A stretch of DNA of 64,000 bases from NCBI GenBank assembly GCA_964515545.1, contig CAZERI010000001.1, positions 333,553-397,552 on the forward strand, read 5' to 3'. The notes under the pieces were generated by a model. The model did no database searches and was not told the origin of the DNA. It was given only the letters and a program-made list of their open reading frames with translations. A program made the position numbers and the translations under genes. Source of the DNA: an uncultured Gammaproteobacteria bacterium. GTDB lineage: Bacteria > Patescibacteriota > Microgenomatia > Levybacterales > UBA12049. Shown piece after piece: positions 18,742 through 29,398 of this stretch. The stretch's first letter is position 1; each line of letters opens with the position of its first letter.

Positions 18742-19482
18742 TCAAACCTCAAAGATTTTGTAAGGTTGATCGGGAGTAAGGCTTTCAAGAAGTGGCATCG
18801 CGACGTTAAATACAGGAATTCCTCCTGGAGTTTTTCCTTCATGGGGTCCTGCATTAGCATGGCCATGAAAGATGACACTTGCTCCGTACTGATCTATAAC
18901 CTGCGCGTAGCGGGTAGAACCTAAGAAGGGCATGATATCATCCATTTCATTAGCCACAGTCGCTCTGATAGGTGAATAATGCATAATAACGACTTTCTTC
19001 TCAAGAGGCGCGAGTTCTTTTAACTGGTTTTCCAGAATATTAGCATGCCGGTCCCGCTCTGCCACGATCTGCTTTAACTCAGGTTCCCCAAATGCACCGA
19101 GAGCATAGGCATCAAAGCCTCCGATAAAACCTTTTGTCCCGGCAAAGCCGACTCCATTAAAGACAAGGGGTTCTTCTCCTAAAATCCTTACATGAGAATT
19201 TTCCTCAAGGATTTTTTTAATTTCATCTGGTGAGTCTGATTGGTAATCATGATTACCTAGAACTCCCACAACTTGAATACGGCAGGAACGAAGATCCTCA
19301 GAGAGCAGTTCTGCTTCACTTAGCAGTCCTAAATCAGTTAAATCGCCACAGAGGAGGAGAATATCTGCTTTTTCAGAGACGTCAGCAAATAGTTTTTGAT
19401 ATTCCCCTTTGAAATGTTCTTTAACATGAATATCTCCAACAGCTGCAAGTTTTATCTTTGTATTATCTTTGTTCTCAACCAT
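18742..19482 (-). CDS. calcineurin-like metallophosphoesterase (paralog of the 10576-11337 gene)
   Basis: LAAVGDIHV, CGDLTDLG and GNHD motifs. Confidence 0.7.
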   Translation of the reverse strand: MVENKDNTKIKLAAVGDIHVKEHFKGEYQKLFADVSEKADILLLCGDLTDLGLLSEAELLSEDLRSCRIQVVGVLGNHDYQSDSPDEIKKILEENSHVRILGEEPLVFNGVGFAGTKGFIGGFDAYALGAFGEPELKQIVAERDRHANILENQLKELAPLEKKVVIMHYSPIRATVANEMDDIMPFLGSTRYAQVIDQYGASVIFHGHANAGPHEGKTPGGIPVFNVAMPLLESLTPDQPYKIFEV

Positions 19483-19530
19483 ATATTTATTCCATCTTTT
19501 ATCAAGGGTTCATATACTGTTATCTATACG

Positions 19531-20280
19531 CTATTTGAGTTCCGTCACGGGTTTGAAGCCCCATTGTGATGTTCCGACCTGGAAGTCATTTGAGAGTAAT
19601 AGTCCGCGGGTAATTTTTTCTTTAGGCGCATTGGTTGAGAAGAGATCGACTAGACGGCCCATGAGCTCTGCAATAACCCATTTAGGGATACAATCACGTT
19701 CTGATGGGTAGATAAATAGGAAGATCATGATACGAGCCATTAAAAGTTCCCAGTGAGGACCCATTTTTTCAAGCAGTCTTTCCCAGTCGAGCGTTTTACC
19801 TTGCTTGAGAATAAGATGGATAACGTCTCCCTCATCACTGCGGTGACGATTCTGAACATAACTTTTCGAGCGGATCATCTCTTCTGCTGGCTCCAGAAGT
19901 ACTTTACGTCCAAGAACAGTGCCTTCTCGAGCTAAACTAAGCCAATCTTTCTCTACTTTATGGAGTCCATTACGCTCAGCGTAAATGAGATCCGTGTAAA
20001 ACCCATCTGGATCAGTAATTTTAGCTAGCCAATTGAGTTCTATCTCTGCTAGTTCTGTTTTATACCCTTCGCCAGCCAGAGTCTTAAGTATTCGTGGGTA
20101 CTCTTCAATCGGGATCATAATATCAATATCTCCCGTAGGGCGGTCCAGACCAGTGTACTGATTGAAGGCGAACGTTCCTCCGATCATGAATGGTAATTTC
20201 TTTTTAATCATGACAGTGAGCAGCTTGTCGTAAAATTTTTCTGCTTGTAATTTTTTCTTGCCTGTTAAAGGTTGTGACAT
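19531..20280 (-). CDS. nucleotidyltransferase-fold hypothetical protein
   Basis: MIGGTFAFNQYTG...GDIDIM resembles the GG...D.D minimal nucleotidyltransferase signature; no partner gene is evident. Confidence 0.45.
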   Translation of the reverse strand: MSQPLTGKKKLQAEKFYDKLLTVMIKKKLPFMIGGTFAFNQYTGLDRPTGDIDIMIPIEEYPRILKTLAGEGYKTELAEIELNWLAKITDPDGFYTDLIYAERNGLHKVEKDWLSLAREGTVLGRKVLLEPAEEMIRSKSYVQNRHRSDEGDVIHLILKQGKTLDWERLLEKMGPHWELLMARIMIFLFIYPSERDCIPKWVIAELMGRLVDLFSTNAPKEKITRGLLLSNDFQVGTSQWGFKPVTELK

Positions 20281-20428
20281 AAAAAATGGCTAGAAGTTCA
20301 TACCATCTAGCGAATGGTACTTAGACTAATATTGTTGAGTTATAGATCCATCAGACCTCTGTAAGGATTCAGTAATAGAAAAAGAATTTTATAAAAAACT
20401 TAGCTTGACTTTTCCTTACATTTAATTA

Positions 20429-23194
20429 ATGATAATAAGTATGGACAACTCAAATTTAGAGTCTGGTGGAGTAGGTGTGTTGGAACCGCCAGTTGTGGGT
20501 GATACTCCTCCAGTGCCTGATAGCCAGACATTTCCGGCTTCTATTGATAACGCTTCCCGTGTCCCCGAATCAGCAGATTCTTCTGGAATAGTTGATAAGC
20601 TCCATGAATTCGATGCTAAAAGAGTCGGTGATGACAGAAAAGTAAGGCATGCCCGCTCTAAATACATTGATGAGCTCGTTAAGACCCAGTCGCCAGTTAT
20701 ATTAAGAGAAGCAGCCTCACATTTTATGACAGTAGGGGAGGATGGAAAGATAAAAGAATCTTCATCAGTTAAATCCCTCAGAGATAGATTAGTAAAGGAA
20801 AAGGGAATATCCCTTACCTCCGCTGGGATAGATAAAGCTGGAGTGATTCATGAGCAAGTTGCTATGTATCGTGATATTTTGGCAGCAGCTGCCGAGGACT
20901 TGCCGGAGGCTCAGAGAGAACATTATTTGAAGAGAAGACTAAATCCAAATGTTAATGCAAAAGCTGCTACATTACGGGGAGAAGGGCGAAAGAGAAGAAC
21001 GTCCGCTGAATCTACTCCAGTTGCAGCTCCGGCTTCGGCTCCTGTTTTTGAACCGATGAGGCCAGCTCCAATGGATATGGAGGAGGTTGCAGCTCATGCA
21101 GTTATTGATAGAAAAAGCTGGCAGCGTGGTGGACATTATGTAAATCCCGCAGATCCGGAGGATATAGCTGGACAGCGCCGAATGGTCGAGGCCCAAAAAG
21201 CAGCAGCTGAGGCAGCACGAAGAGCGCAGGAAGAAGCAGCAGCAGAAGCCCGCCGTCAGGCTGAAACAGCCCATACCCAAAGTCTCACTGATGCAGCAGC
21301 CGATGCTGAATCACGGCGAAAAGATAACCTTAACTATGTAAAACCAGGGGATCCTGATGACACTGCGGGGCAAGCTAGAGTGAGAGAGTATCGTATTCAG
21401 GAAAATCAAGCCCGTCAGGATGCTCAGCGTCAGGCTGATGCTGCTGCAACCCAAGCAAGAATTGAGGCCCAACGAGCTGAACAGCGACCACAGTTTGATG
21501 CAGTTAAAGTAGAGACCAGCCACGGATTCACTGATGCTCCACCCAAGCGTGATTTCACTGGTGTTCCTCTGCCGTCAGAGCAGACGGGCACATACTTTAA
21601 TGCGCTAGGCGAACATGCTGCTAATGCCTCTTCTCAAGATGAAGATTCGGAAGCTTTTGATAGAGTAAGGCGTACTAAAGCAGCAGAAGCAGCTGCAGAG
21701 GCTTCTCAGCAGGCTATGGATCGTGCTAGAAACCCTTTGCCATCAGAGCAGACGGATAGTTATTTTGCTGCTATTGGTGTAAAAGCAGCTGAAGCTAATC
21801 TCCAGCGTGCCCGTGAGGAAGCTGCATTTGCGCGAGGCAGACAGAATGATACTATTAAGAGAAATGTGGCAGCAGTCTCTGGAGCTATGCAGGCAGATGC
21901 TCTCCAACAAGAGTATGATCGCCTAAAAGCTCAGTCAGACCAGAGTAGACAGCAGGAAATAGCTAATTATCAAAGACCTGAGAAGAGAGTCCAGGATGAA
22001 GCTCTAGCGGAACGTTTTAGAGCGATGAATGCTGAGTTAGCTCGTATTGAGGAGTCTCGTTCCCAAAGACAGGAATCTACTACCGTTGATCGAGTTAAAG
22101 GATTTGCAAGAAGACTCAGAAAACCTAATAATCTTCGGCTGTTTGCTGTCGGTACTATGCTTGCAGCTACCGCAGGCGGTACCTACCTCAGCTCTGAAGA
22201 TTCCCATTCTGATGTTGCAGGCTATGAGGATAGACCTGCTCATACCGAAGTGCTCGACTCTGCTCAGATGCCTTCAGAACAGGCTTTGGAAGAGAATGGT
22301 ATTCGTATAGATAAGGGAGGAGATACTAGTGGCGAGACTGCTATCGGTGGAGAATCAACGGCTGCTTCATCAGATGAGAGTACTTCAGGAAGTGAAGTAG
22401 GGGATAATAATGATACCTCTGCAGCAATGCCTGGAACAGAAAGTAGAAGTGGAGGTATCTCTACCGTTTCGGCACCTCCTGTAAGTTCAGTTCCTCCAGA
22501 GACCTCCTCTGTGGCTGACCACGTAAAAGATAGCTTGGCGGAAGTTGGGGCTGAGAACCCTCTAAAGACTAAGGATGTCTCCTCAGGTGGAGAGTCACAA
22601 AGCGAAGGTGCTGCAGCAGCTTCTGATACAACCGAAAATAATCAGTCAGCAGATCCTATCCAGTCAGAGACCGTCACTATTAAGGCGGGTGGATCCTGGG
22701 GTGAGGAGCTTTCAGGTATTGATGGGAGTACGCCAGAGGGGGCTAATCAGATCCAGACATTCCTCAATGATCCCGCAAATCTAGATCTTATTGAAGCAAC
22801 AGTCTTGGAGAATCCTGGTGATATGACCTATACACAGATAAAGGAAATCTTCGATGGAATCCACAGCGGTGATAGACCCCAGTCAGATGGCTGGCATCTC
22901 TTAGATATGGTATCCGCTGATACACCGGTACAGAAGCCGACAGAATCAGGTGTTCAGTCTCTCCATGATGATCGAGACGGTATATACTCAGAGCTCCTAG
23001 GAGATCAAGGACAGACTGTATCTCCTCAAGTACAAGCTAATCCGTCTGTGGGAGACGGGACAGGAGTTATTCCTTTGGCTAGTGATGAGGTCTCAAATCC
23101 TGCGCCAGGAGAGGTTAATCCGCAAGCTCCGGCTCCAACAAGCAATGGAGGATTAGTGAGTTCTGCCTTACGATTCTTTAGGAGGAATAGATAA
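20429..23194 (+). CDS. large low-complexity repeat protein with a single central TM helix (surface protein candidate)
   Basis: 921 aa, A/Q/E/R-rich. Internal repeats YVNPADPEDIAGQRR / YVKPGDPDDTAGQAR and PLPSEQTGTYFNALG / PLPSEQTDSYFAAIG. A hydrophobic segment LRLFAVGTMLAATAGGTYL sits at ~aa 560, followed by a S/T/G/E-rich tail. GC content is higher than neighbouring genes. Confidence 0.55.
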   Translation: MIISMDNSNLESGGVGVLEPPVVGDTPPVPDSQTFPASIDNASRVPESADSSGIVDKLHEFDAKRVGDDRKVRHARSKYIDELVKTQSPVILREAASHFMTVGEDGKIKESSSVKSLRDRLVKEKGISLTSAGIDKAGVIHEQVAMYRDILAAAAEDLPEAQREHYLKRRLNPNVNAKAATLRGEGRKRRTSAESTPVAAPASAPVFEPMRPAPMDMEEVAAHAVIDRKSWQRGGHYVNPADPEDIAGQRRMVEAQKAAAEAARRAQEEAAAEARRQAETAHTQSLTDAAADAESRRKDNLNYVKPGDPDDTAGQARVREYRIQENQARQDAQRQADAAATQARIEAQRAEQRPQFDAVKVETSHGFTDAPPKRDFTGVPLPSEQTGTYFNALGEHAANASSQDEDSEAFDRVRRTKAAEAAAEASQQAMDRARNPLPSEQTDSYFAAIGVKAAEANLQRAREEAAFARGRQNDTIKRNVAAVSGAMQADALQQEYDRLKAQSDQSRQQEIANYQRPEKRVQDEALAERFRAMNAELARIEESRSQRQESTTVDRVKGFARRLRKPNNLRLFAVGTMLAATAGGTYLSSEDSHSDVAGYEDRPAHTEVLDSAQMPSEQALEENGIRIDKGGDTSGETAIGGESTAASSDESTSGSEVGDNNDTSAAMPGTESRSGGISTVSAPPVSSVPPETSSVADHVKDSLAEVGAENPLKTKDVSSGGESQSEGAAAASDTTENNQSADPIQSETVTIKAGGSWGEELSGIDGSTPEGANQIQTFLNDPANLDLIEATVLENPGDMTYTQIKEIFDGIHSGDRPQSDGWHLLDMVSADTPVQKPTESGVQSLHDDRDGIYSELLGDQGQTVSPQVQANPSVGDGTGVIPLASDEVSNPAPGEVNPQAPAPTSNGGLVSSALRFFRRNR

Positions 23195-23196
23195 TT

Positions 23197-23529
23197 ATGG
23201 ACGACCAACAGACAAATAGACAAAAGCTAGTCTTTTATCTTATGGATAAGGGCTTAAGTAATGAAGAGGTTGCTCAAACTCTTTCGGATATAGCTGAGGC
23301 TGCTTTGGAGAAATTTACCGCTGAAGCCATGGCTTTATTTACGGAAGAAGACAAAAAAGTTATTGATGTAGCCCAGTCAGGTATTGATGCAGATGATCTC
23401 ATAAAGCAGCTCTACGAAGAACGAAGCGATCAAAAAGCTGAAGAACGAATTGATCAATTAATCGAAGAGCAAGCGACTTCCTATATGGGGAGCTTTGATG
23501 CTACTTCTGCCTCCTCAAATGCTTCTTAG
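23197..23529 (+). CDS. small acidic hypothetical protein
   Basis: AGGAGG 7 nt upstream; starts 3 nt after the stop of the large protein. Confidence 0.45.
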   Translation: MDDQQTNRQKLVFYLMDKGLSNEEVAQTLSDIAEAALEKFTAEAMALFTEEDKKVIDVAQSGIDADDLIKQLYEERSDQKAEERIDQLIEEQATSYMGSFDATSASSNAS

Positions 23530-24271
23530 GTAATCTTCTCAAAAATCTGATATAGATCGGGAACCGGAGAAGATTGACAATCCCGCTTACCTCGTGATTA
23601 TGCCTGGTGTTCACTATTGCTTCAATTTCATGATCACTCTTTCGTAGGTGGTACAATAACTTTTCTTGTTCGGAGAAAGGGATAACCTCGTCTTTTGCTG
23701 CTAGATAAATAAGGAGGTGCTTGGCCTTAAGCTGGTCACTTGTAGAAATGGGTGAGATGGGTTCCCATACCGCTTTGAGCTTTGGTAAAGTGAGATGTTT
23801 TTTTGCTAATTGAGCTCTTAGCTCTTTTTTCTTCCTGGATTTATGCCAGATTATTTCAGAGATATCTCCTCCTGACAGATTAAGGATCAGCTTGTTAACC
23901 GAAGGGAGACTGGCAGCTATCATGAGAGCCATAACCCCAGCTTCACTTAATCCAAAAACAGCAATATGTTTTTGTTCTTTTGGAGGAAATTGTGAGACGG
24001 TAAGGAGCACCTTCTCTTTTATCTCATTAAGTCGGCTGAGAGTAAGTGCCGTATCTGGGGTAAGGAGTTCTTTATCCCATGTGAAGATTACTGCTTTGAA
24101 ATTATAGGAAGCTAATAGCTGTCCAAGTAAAAAAAGATACGATTTTTTTATTTCCCATCCAGCAAAAACTAAAACAATATTATTATTTTTTTCTCCATAT
24201 ATCCTGGTGTGGATAGAAAACATTATTGAATAATATACGAAAAAAAAGAGACAGTCTAGAGGTTTATACAA
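23501..24271 (-). CDS. alpha/beta-fold hydrolase (esterase-like)
   Basis: Nucleophile elbow FGLSEAG (GxSxG) and overall alpha/beta-hydrolase length. Confidence 0.55.
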   Translation of the reverse strand: MYKPLDCLFFFVYYSIMFSIHTRIYGEKNNNIVLVFAGWEIKKSYLFLLGQLLASYNFKAVIFTWDKELLTPDTALTLSRLNEIKEKVLLTVSQFPPKEQKHIAVFGLSEAGVMALMIAASLPSVNKLILNLSGGDISEIIWHKSRKKKELRAQLAKKHLTLPKLKAVWEPISPISTSDQLKAKHLLIYLAAKDEVIPFSEQEKLLYHLRKSDHEIEAIVNTRHNHEVSGIVNLLRFPIYIRFLRRLPKKHLRRQK

Positions 24272-24274
24272 TTC

Positions 24275-25516
24275 TTACAGAGGGTTTTCTGTCCGTTGGT
24301 CAAAGTTACGCAGCTTAGGAATTTTGATACCCATGCCTATAATGACGATAAGTGTCATTACTCCGCCGAAGACTACAGAAAAAGGAGCTCCCGCGAAAGA
24401 TGCCAGGATTCCTGCTTCGAATTCTCCTAGCTGTGGGCCTCCTGCAAAAAAGATCATATTAATACTTGTCATACGGCCTCTGACTGAGTCTGGGGTGGTG
24501 AGCTGACGGATAGTGTTACGAATAATAGTACTAATATTATCACCCAATCCAACGAGTAAGAGACCAAAAGAAGAGAGGATAAAATTATGAGATAAGCCGA
24601 AAATAATTGTTCCTAAAGCATATACTCCAACGGAGAGTAAAATAGTTATCCCTTCTCTGCGCAGGAAATGAAAATGTGCAAGAGTAACTCCAGCGATGAT
24701 AGCACCGATGGCGGGAGCTGCATACAAAATTCCTAGACCCTCTGGGCCGACCCTAAGAATATCTTTCGCAAAGATAGGTAAAAGTGCAGTAGCTGAGGCG
24801 AAAAAGGTCCCAAAGAAGTCAAGAAGCATGGTAGACCAGATAATAGTTTTAGAACGGATAAAATGTATTCCTTCGAGAATACCCTGGACTGAAAAAGCAG
24901 CTTTTTCCCCAATTATATCTCCAGACGTCTGGAGAGAAATTACCGCTATGAGAACGGCTAAGAAGGATAACGCATTAAAACCATAAATATACCCAATCCC
25001 TAATCTCCCAATTAAAATTCCTGCGATAGTAGGTCCTACTACTGTGGAGACCTGGTACATAATGCTATTAAGAGTTAATCCGTTTTGGAGATGGCCTTTT
25101 TTTAGAAGATTGGGAATAAGAGCCTGGCGTGAAGGGATATCAAAGGCAAGGGCAATTGTCGCGAGTGCTGTCATAGTGTAAATGATCAAAGGGGTAATAT
25201 GATTAAAAAAAGTAGCAAAAGTAAGTACTAAAGAGAAAATGAGAAGAGACATCTGAGTACAAATCATAACTAGCTTACGGTTATATCTATCAGCCACAAT
25301 TCCTCCAAATAGGGAGAATAGGAGAATTGGAATGACACGGACTAGACCGATAATGCCAAGTGCCACAGCAGAGTGAGTTAGGACGTAGATCTGCCAGTTC
25401 AAGGCCACCATCTGCATTTGTGAGCCGATATTTGAGATAAACTGTCCGACCCAGAGAAAACGAAAATCACGTGAAGAGAATGCAGGGTAACGAGTCGTAA
25501 GAGAAGATAAAGTCAT
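24275..25516 (-). CDS. MFS transporter
   Basis: 12-TM pattern and the MFS loop motif GIVADRYNRK. The start was trimmed to the internal Met (MTLSS...) to avoid a 5'-5' overlap with lepB; the ORF-track start is 25591. Confidence 0.75.
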   Translation of the reverse strand: MTLSSLTTRYPAFSSRDFRFLWVGQFISNIGSQMQMVALNWQIYVLTHSAVALGIIGLVRVIPILLFSLFGGIVADRYNRKLVMICTQMSLLIFSLVLTFATFFNHITPLIIYTMTALATIALAFDIPSRQALIPNLLKKGHLQNGLTLNSIMYQVSTVVGPTIAGILIGRLGIGYIYGFNALSFLAVLIAVISLQTSGDIIGEKAAFSVQGILEGIHFIRSKTIIWSTMLLDFFGTFFASATALLPIFAKDILRVGPEGLGILYAAPAIGAIIAGVTLAHFHFLRREGITILLSVGVYALGTIIFGLSHNFILSSFGLLLVGLGDNISTIIRNTIRQLTTPDSVRGRMTSINMIFFAGGPQLGEFEAGILASFAGAPFSVVFGGVMTLIVIIGMGIKIPKLRNFDQRTENPL

Positions 25517-25598
25517 AACTAAATAGTATACAAGAATTTGGGGGGAGAGTATGCCCGTTATGTTTGACAGGAGCTCAAATAGATTAGACAATAAATAT

Positions 25599-26171
25599 AT
25601 GGAGATTCTTAGGAAGATCTATTATTTCCTTCTTGATACGATTCAGACAATTCTTATTGTAGCGTCATTTATTATGGTGCTGTATGCTTTCGTTATTCAG
25701 CCTAACCAAGTAAGTGGTTCATCTATGTATCCTACATTTAAAGATAAAGAGTATCTTTTAAGTAACCTTCTGAATGTCCGGTTTAACAAATATACCAGAG
25801 GAGACGTACTTGTTTTTCACTCTCCCGTGGAACGGGATAAGCTATATATCAAAAGAGTAATTGCAGTGGCGGGAGATACAATCATGGTGAAGGATGGTAA
25901 AGTCTATCTGAATGGTTCCCAGCTTGATGAGAGTGTCTATCTCCAGCCTAGTGTTGAGACATATGGAGGGGCTTTTCTGGCAGATGGTATGGAGAGAGTA
26001 GTTCCTGAAGGATTCATCTTTGTTATGGGAGATAATAGGCAATATAGCTCAGACAGCAGAGAGTGGGGATTTTTGGATCGTACTGAAGTAGTAGGCGAAT
26101 CTCTGGTCCGCATTTTCCCCTTCAATAAATTCCACGTTATTCATAACCCTTATACAGATCACAAGATTTAA
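25599..26171 (+). CDS. lepB: signal peptidase I
   Basis: Catalytic Ser box GSSMYPTF, Lys box YIKRVIAVAGD and GDNRQYSSDSREWG. The start was set at the internal ATG (MEILRK); the ORF track begins at 25551. Confidence 0.8.
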   Translation: MEILRKIYYFLLDTIQTILIVASFIMVLYAFVIQPNQVSGSSMYPTFKDKEYLLSNLLNVRFNKYTRGDVLVFHSPVERDKLYIKRVIAVAGDTIMVKDGKVYLNGSQLDESVYLQPSVETYGGAFLADGMERVVPEGFIFVMGDNRQYSSDSREWGFLDRTEVVGESLVRIFPFNKFHVIHNPYTDHKI

Positions 26172-28396
26172 GGGGTAATAGTGAGTTGAAGCGGTAATGT
26201 AGGAACTGGTGTATCAGTAGGGATACTTGGGATGTCTGTAGGAGTAGGTGTGGGCGTCTCCTGGGGAACGGGAGTATTAGTAAGTGACTGGGTTGGGGAA
26301 AGAGAAGGAGTAGGGGTTACATTTTCGTCACAGTATTTCGTAGGGACAGTTCCAGGTAAGAAAAATTCATTAATAGCGCTGCTTGTTGCATTTCTGATTC
26401 GTAAGCCTTTTTCTTTACAAATAGTGAGACGGATAATTCCTCCCGAAGGAGAGAATTTTTCAATCGGAGTTCCTGCTAGCATATGTTCCATCATCTGCCT
26501 CCAGATCGGTGCTGCACCTAGAGAGCCAGCAATACTATCCATAGGCTTGTTATCATTATTACCTACCCATACTCCTACCACTAAGCTTGGTGTATAGCCA
26601 ATCGTTAAGGCGTCCTTATAATCATTAGTTGTTCCTGTTTTAACAGCAGCCGGCCGTGAGAGTGTGAGAGCATTTCCAAATTCCTCTGCCCGTGCATTAT
26701 TGTCAGAAAGAATACTTGAGATAAGAAATGCTACATCTGCTGAAAGGACAGAGATAGATTCAGGCTTATGAGTATAGACTACCTCACCTTTTTTATCTTT
26801 AATTTCAAGGATAGTCGTAGGAGGAATTCGGGTACCATTATTAGCAAAAGTTGCATACGCTTCTGTCATCTGCAGGAGAGGTACCTCTCCTGCTCCCAAG
26901 ACAAGAGAGAGTCCATAGCTGGATGGGTTCTTGAGCGTAGTGATCCCCAGTTCCTTTGCAAAATCCAGCGTATCGGGTATACCTACTTTTTCTAGGACGT
27001 GAACTGCGGGAATATTAAGTGAGTTGGCTAAGGCTCTTCTGACGAGAACATCGCCTCTGAATTTCCGATCATAATCCATGGGTTCATAGCCGTCAGGATA
27101 TTTGATAGGTTTGTCATCAAGTACAGTAGCCGGAGTAATAAGACTCCTCTCAAGTGCTCTGGTGTAGACGATCGGCTTGAATGAAGAGCCAGGCTGACGG
27201 GCGCGGAGTACCATATTTATTTTCCCATTATCTTCATCAAACCAGTCATGGCTACCAACGAGGGCTAGGATCTCTCCAGTCTTGGGATCTATGGCTACGG
27301 CAGCGCCATTAGTGACTTTGTTAAAGCGGAGATTAGTAACCTGTGTCTTAACGACATTCTCAGCATAGTGTTGGCTTGAAATATCAATGGTTGTTTTGAC
27401 AGTAAATCCTGAGTTGGCTACTTTTTGCTCGCCGTATTTATCAATAAGTTCCTGCTTGACCATAAGAGCGAAGTGAGGGGCTGTTTGGTTAATATCTACT
27501 GATTGTGGATTGAAGATGATATTTTGTTCCTCAGCGGTTTCTTTTTGTGAGGCAGTAATATAGCCTTGTGATTCCATTTCCGAAAGAACGATTTTCTGTC
27601 TAGAAAAAGCTTTTTCACGATTACCAGTTAAAGGAGAGTAAGCTGAAGGGGCAGGAAGAATTGCAGCAAGTAATGCACTTTCGCCAATTGTTAATTTGCT
27701 GGGGTCTTTACCAAAATATGTTTTAGCTGCATCTGAAATTCCATACGCTCCTTCGCCAAAATAGACTGTGTTAAGATACATTTCTAAAATATCATCTTTA
27801 GAAAATCTTCTCTCAACTTCAAGTGCTAAGAAGATCTCCTGATATTTTCTCAAAAAGCTTTTTTCTTGAGTCAGAAGTGTGTTTTTGACTAATTGCTGAG
27901 TAATTGTTGAGCCCCCCTGGGACAATTCATTTTCTTTGACATCATTTACTAGAGCCCTACCTATACCCTGGATTGAAAAGCCTGGCTCTTGGTAAAAACG
28001 TTTATCCTCAACTGAGATGACAGCCTGCGAGATGTACTTAGGAAGGCTAGAGAGAGAAGCAGTAGTTTTAGTTCTCCCTTCATATAAAGTAAAAAAGGGT
28101 TTATCATTTCGGTCGACAAGAATGACTCCAGCATTTTTGTGGTTGATGATATTTGCTTTACTTGAAAGATCACGGATAAAGTAGAGATAGGTAAGGGGCG
28201 GGATGAGGATAAGAATGAGGATAAGTCCTAGTATGCCATAGAGAATCGGTTTCTTAAACGTATGATAGAGTTCTCTAATTACAGATCCTAAAAGAGAAGG
28301 ATTTCGTCTTACTTTCTTAAAATCTTTTTTTATAAGAGCTAAATCTTCATTTACTTCACTAACCTTATCTTTGATATCGTTTAGCTTGTCATCCAT
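26168..28396 (-). CDS. bifunctional penicillin-binding protein 1A (glycosyltransferase + transpeptidase)
   Basis: GT51 motifs (EDKRFYQEPG, GGSTITQQLVKN, RKYQE) and transpeptidase motifs STFK-like SSFKP, SLN and KTGT; P/T-rich C-terminal tail. Confidence 0.85.
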   Translation of the reverse strand: MDDKLNDIKDKVSEVNEDLALIKKDFKKVRRNPSLLGSVIRELYHTFKKPILYGILGLILILILIPPLTYLYFIRDLSSKANIINHKNAGVILVDRNDKPFFTLYEGRTKTTASLSSLPKYISQAVISVEDKRFYQEPGFSIQGIGRALVNDVKENELSQGGSTITQQLVKNTLLTQEKSFLRKYQEIFLALEVERRFSKDDILEMYLNTVYFGEGAYGISDAAKTYFGKDPSKLTIGESALLAAILPAPSAYSPLTGNREKAFSRQKIVLSEMESQGYITASQKETAEEQNIIFNPQSVDINQTAPHFALMVKQELIDKYGEQKVANSGFTVKTTIDISSQHYAENVVKTQVTNLRFNKVTNGAAVAIDPKTGEILALVGSHDWFDEDNGKINMVLRARQPGSSFKPIVYTRALERSLITPATVLDDKPIKYPDGYEPMDYDRKFRGDVLVRRALANSLNIPAVHVLEKVGIPDTLDFAKELGITTLKNPSSYGLSLVLGAGEVPLLQMTEAYATFANNGTRIPPTTILEIKDKKGEVVYTHKPESISVLSADVAFLISSILSDNNARAEEFGNALTLSRPAAVKTGTTNDYKDALTIGYTPSLVVGVWVGNNDNKPMDSIAGSLGAAPIWRQMMEHMLAGTPIEKFSPSGGIIRLTICKEKGLRIRNATSSAINEFFLPGTVPTKYCDENVTPTPSLSPTQSLTNTPVPQETPTPTPTDIPSIPTDTPVPTLPLQLTITP

Positions 28397-28444
28397 AAAT
28401 ATTAGTATAGGGTGAAAGTTCGTTTTATTCTAGTACTTCCCGAA

Positions 28445-29020
28445 TTACTCTTGAAGCTCAGAATAAATAACGAGCCGTTGGGAGTAGTTATGAGTTGTAG
28501 TATCATAAACTCCATCACACGTAATAAGATTGAGACGTGGCTTATCAGTGGTATTAAAAACTTCTTCTAAAGGAAAGCCATCAAAGGAATAATAAGCTTT
28601 TTTAGTTACAAGAAAAGTCAGAGTTGTTTCATTTTTGTCACTGACGAGGATCTTTTCGCCATTTTTTATATTTCCTAAATGGTAGAAGATAGCCGGAGCA
28701 CCGGATGTACGATCAAAGTGGCCGTCTATTACGGAACTTCCTTTATCTCCTGGTTTAAACCCCAAGTTATACCAGGCTGCGTTAAAATCATTTTTTGGGA
28801 CATCCATTCGACCTTTACTATCCATTCCGACTGATTCAACTTCAGCATTAATATTGAGACTGGGGATAGAGAGAGTGTGGGGGATAATTCCTTTTTGTTC
28901 TGGTGAAGGAATAGGTGAGACTTTCGGGGGAGAAATTGGTTGAGGAGGAACTAATCTACTTCCTACTGCAATTCCTGCTATTACACAAATAAATAAAAAA
29001 AGAAATTTTTTCATAGCCAT
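28445..29020 (-). CDS. sortase (transpeptidase)
   Basis: Signal-anchor N-terminus, His in VIDGH, TLxTC motif as LNLITC, and a downstream Arg. Confidence 0.7.
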   Translation of the reverse strand: MAMKKFLFLFICVIAGIAVGSRLVPPQPISPPKVSPIPSPEQKGIIPHTLSIPSLNINAEVESVGMDSKGRMDVPKNDFNAAWYNLGFKPGDKGSSVIDGHFDRTSGAPAIFYHLGNIKNGEKILVSDKNETTLTFLVTKKAYYSFDGFPLEEVFNTTDKPRLNLITCDGVYDTTTHNYSQRLVIYSELQE

Positions 29021-29070
29021 GACGAATAGAACGCTTTACTAAAGAGTCCTATTCGTCGCTGATAGCCTCA

Positions 29071-29265
29071 TTAGATTCCTCCATGGCCTGTAGCTGGTGC
29101 ACCACTTGGAACAGTAGTTGTCCCTTGGACAGTCCCTGTAGGAGTGGGTGTAGCTGTGACAGTCATTGTCGGAGTTGGTGTAATTGTTGCAGTCTGAGCA
29201 TGAGCCGAGACAGCAAATACAGCAACCATAAAAGCAAAAACTCCAAGTATTGTTAATCGTATCAT
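29071..29265 (-). CDS. small secreted TPT-repeat protein
   Basis: Signal peptide then a TPTPT low-complexity region; 64 aa. Confidence 0.35.
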   Translation of the reverse strand: MIRLTILGVFAFMVAVFAVSAHAQTATITPTPTMTVTATPTPTGTVQGTTTVPSGAPATGHGGI

Positions 29266-29398
29266 CCTTTCACTTCACCTCCTTCCTGCCCGCCAATCGC
29301 TGCGCTTTAGGCGCTGGTAGGCGGTCATGAATGCACAGATTAACAGCCATGCATAAAAATAGATTATGGATAAAGTAAGAGTTTGATAAGGTGTAACT

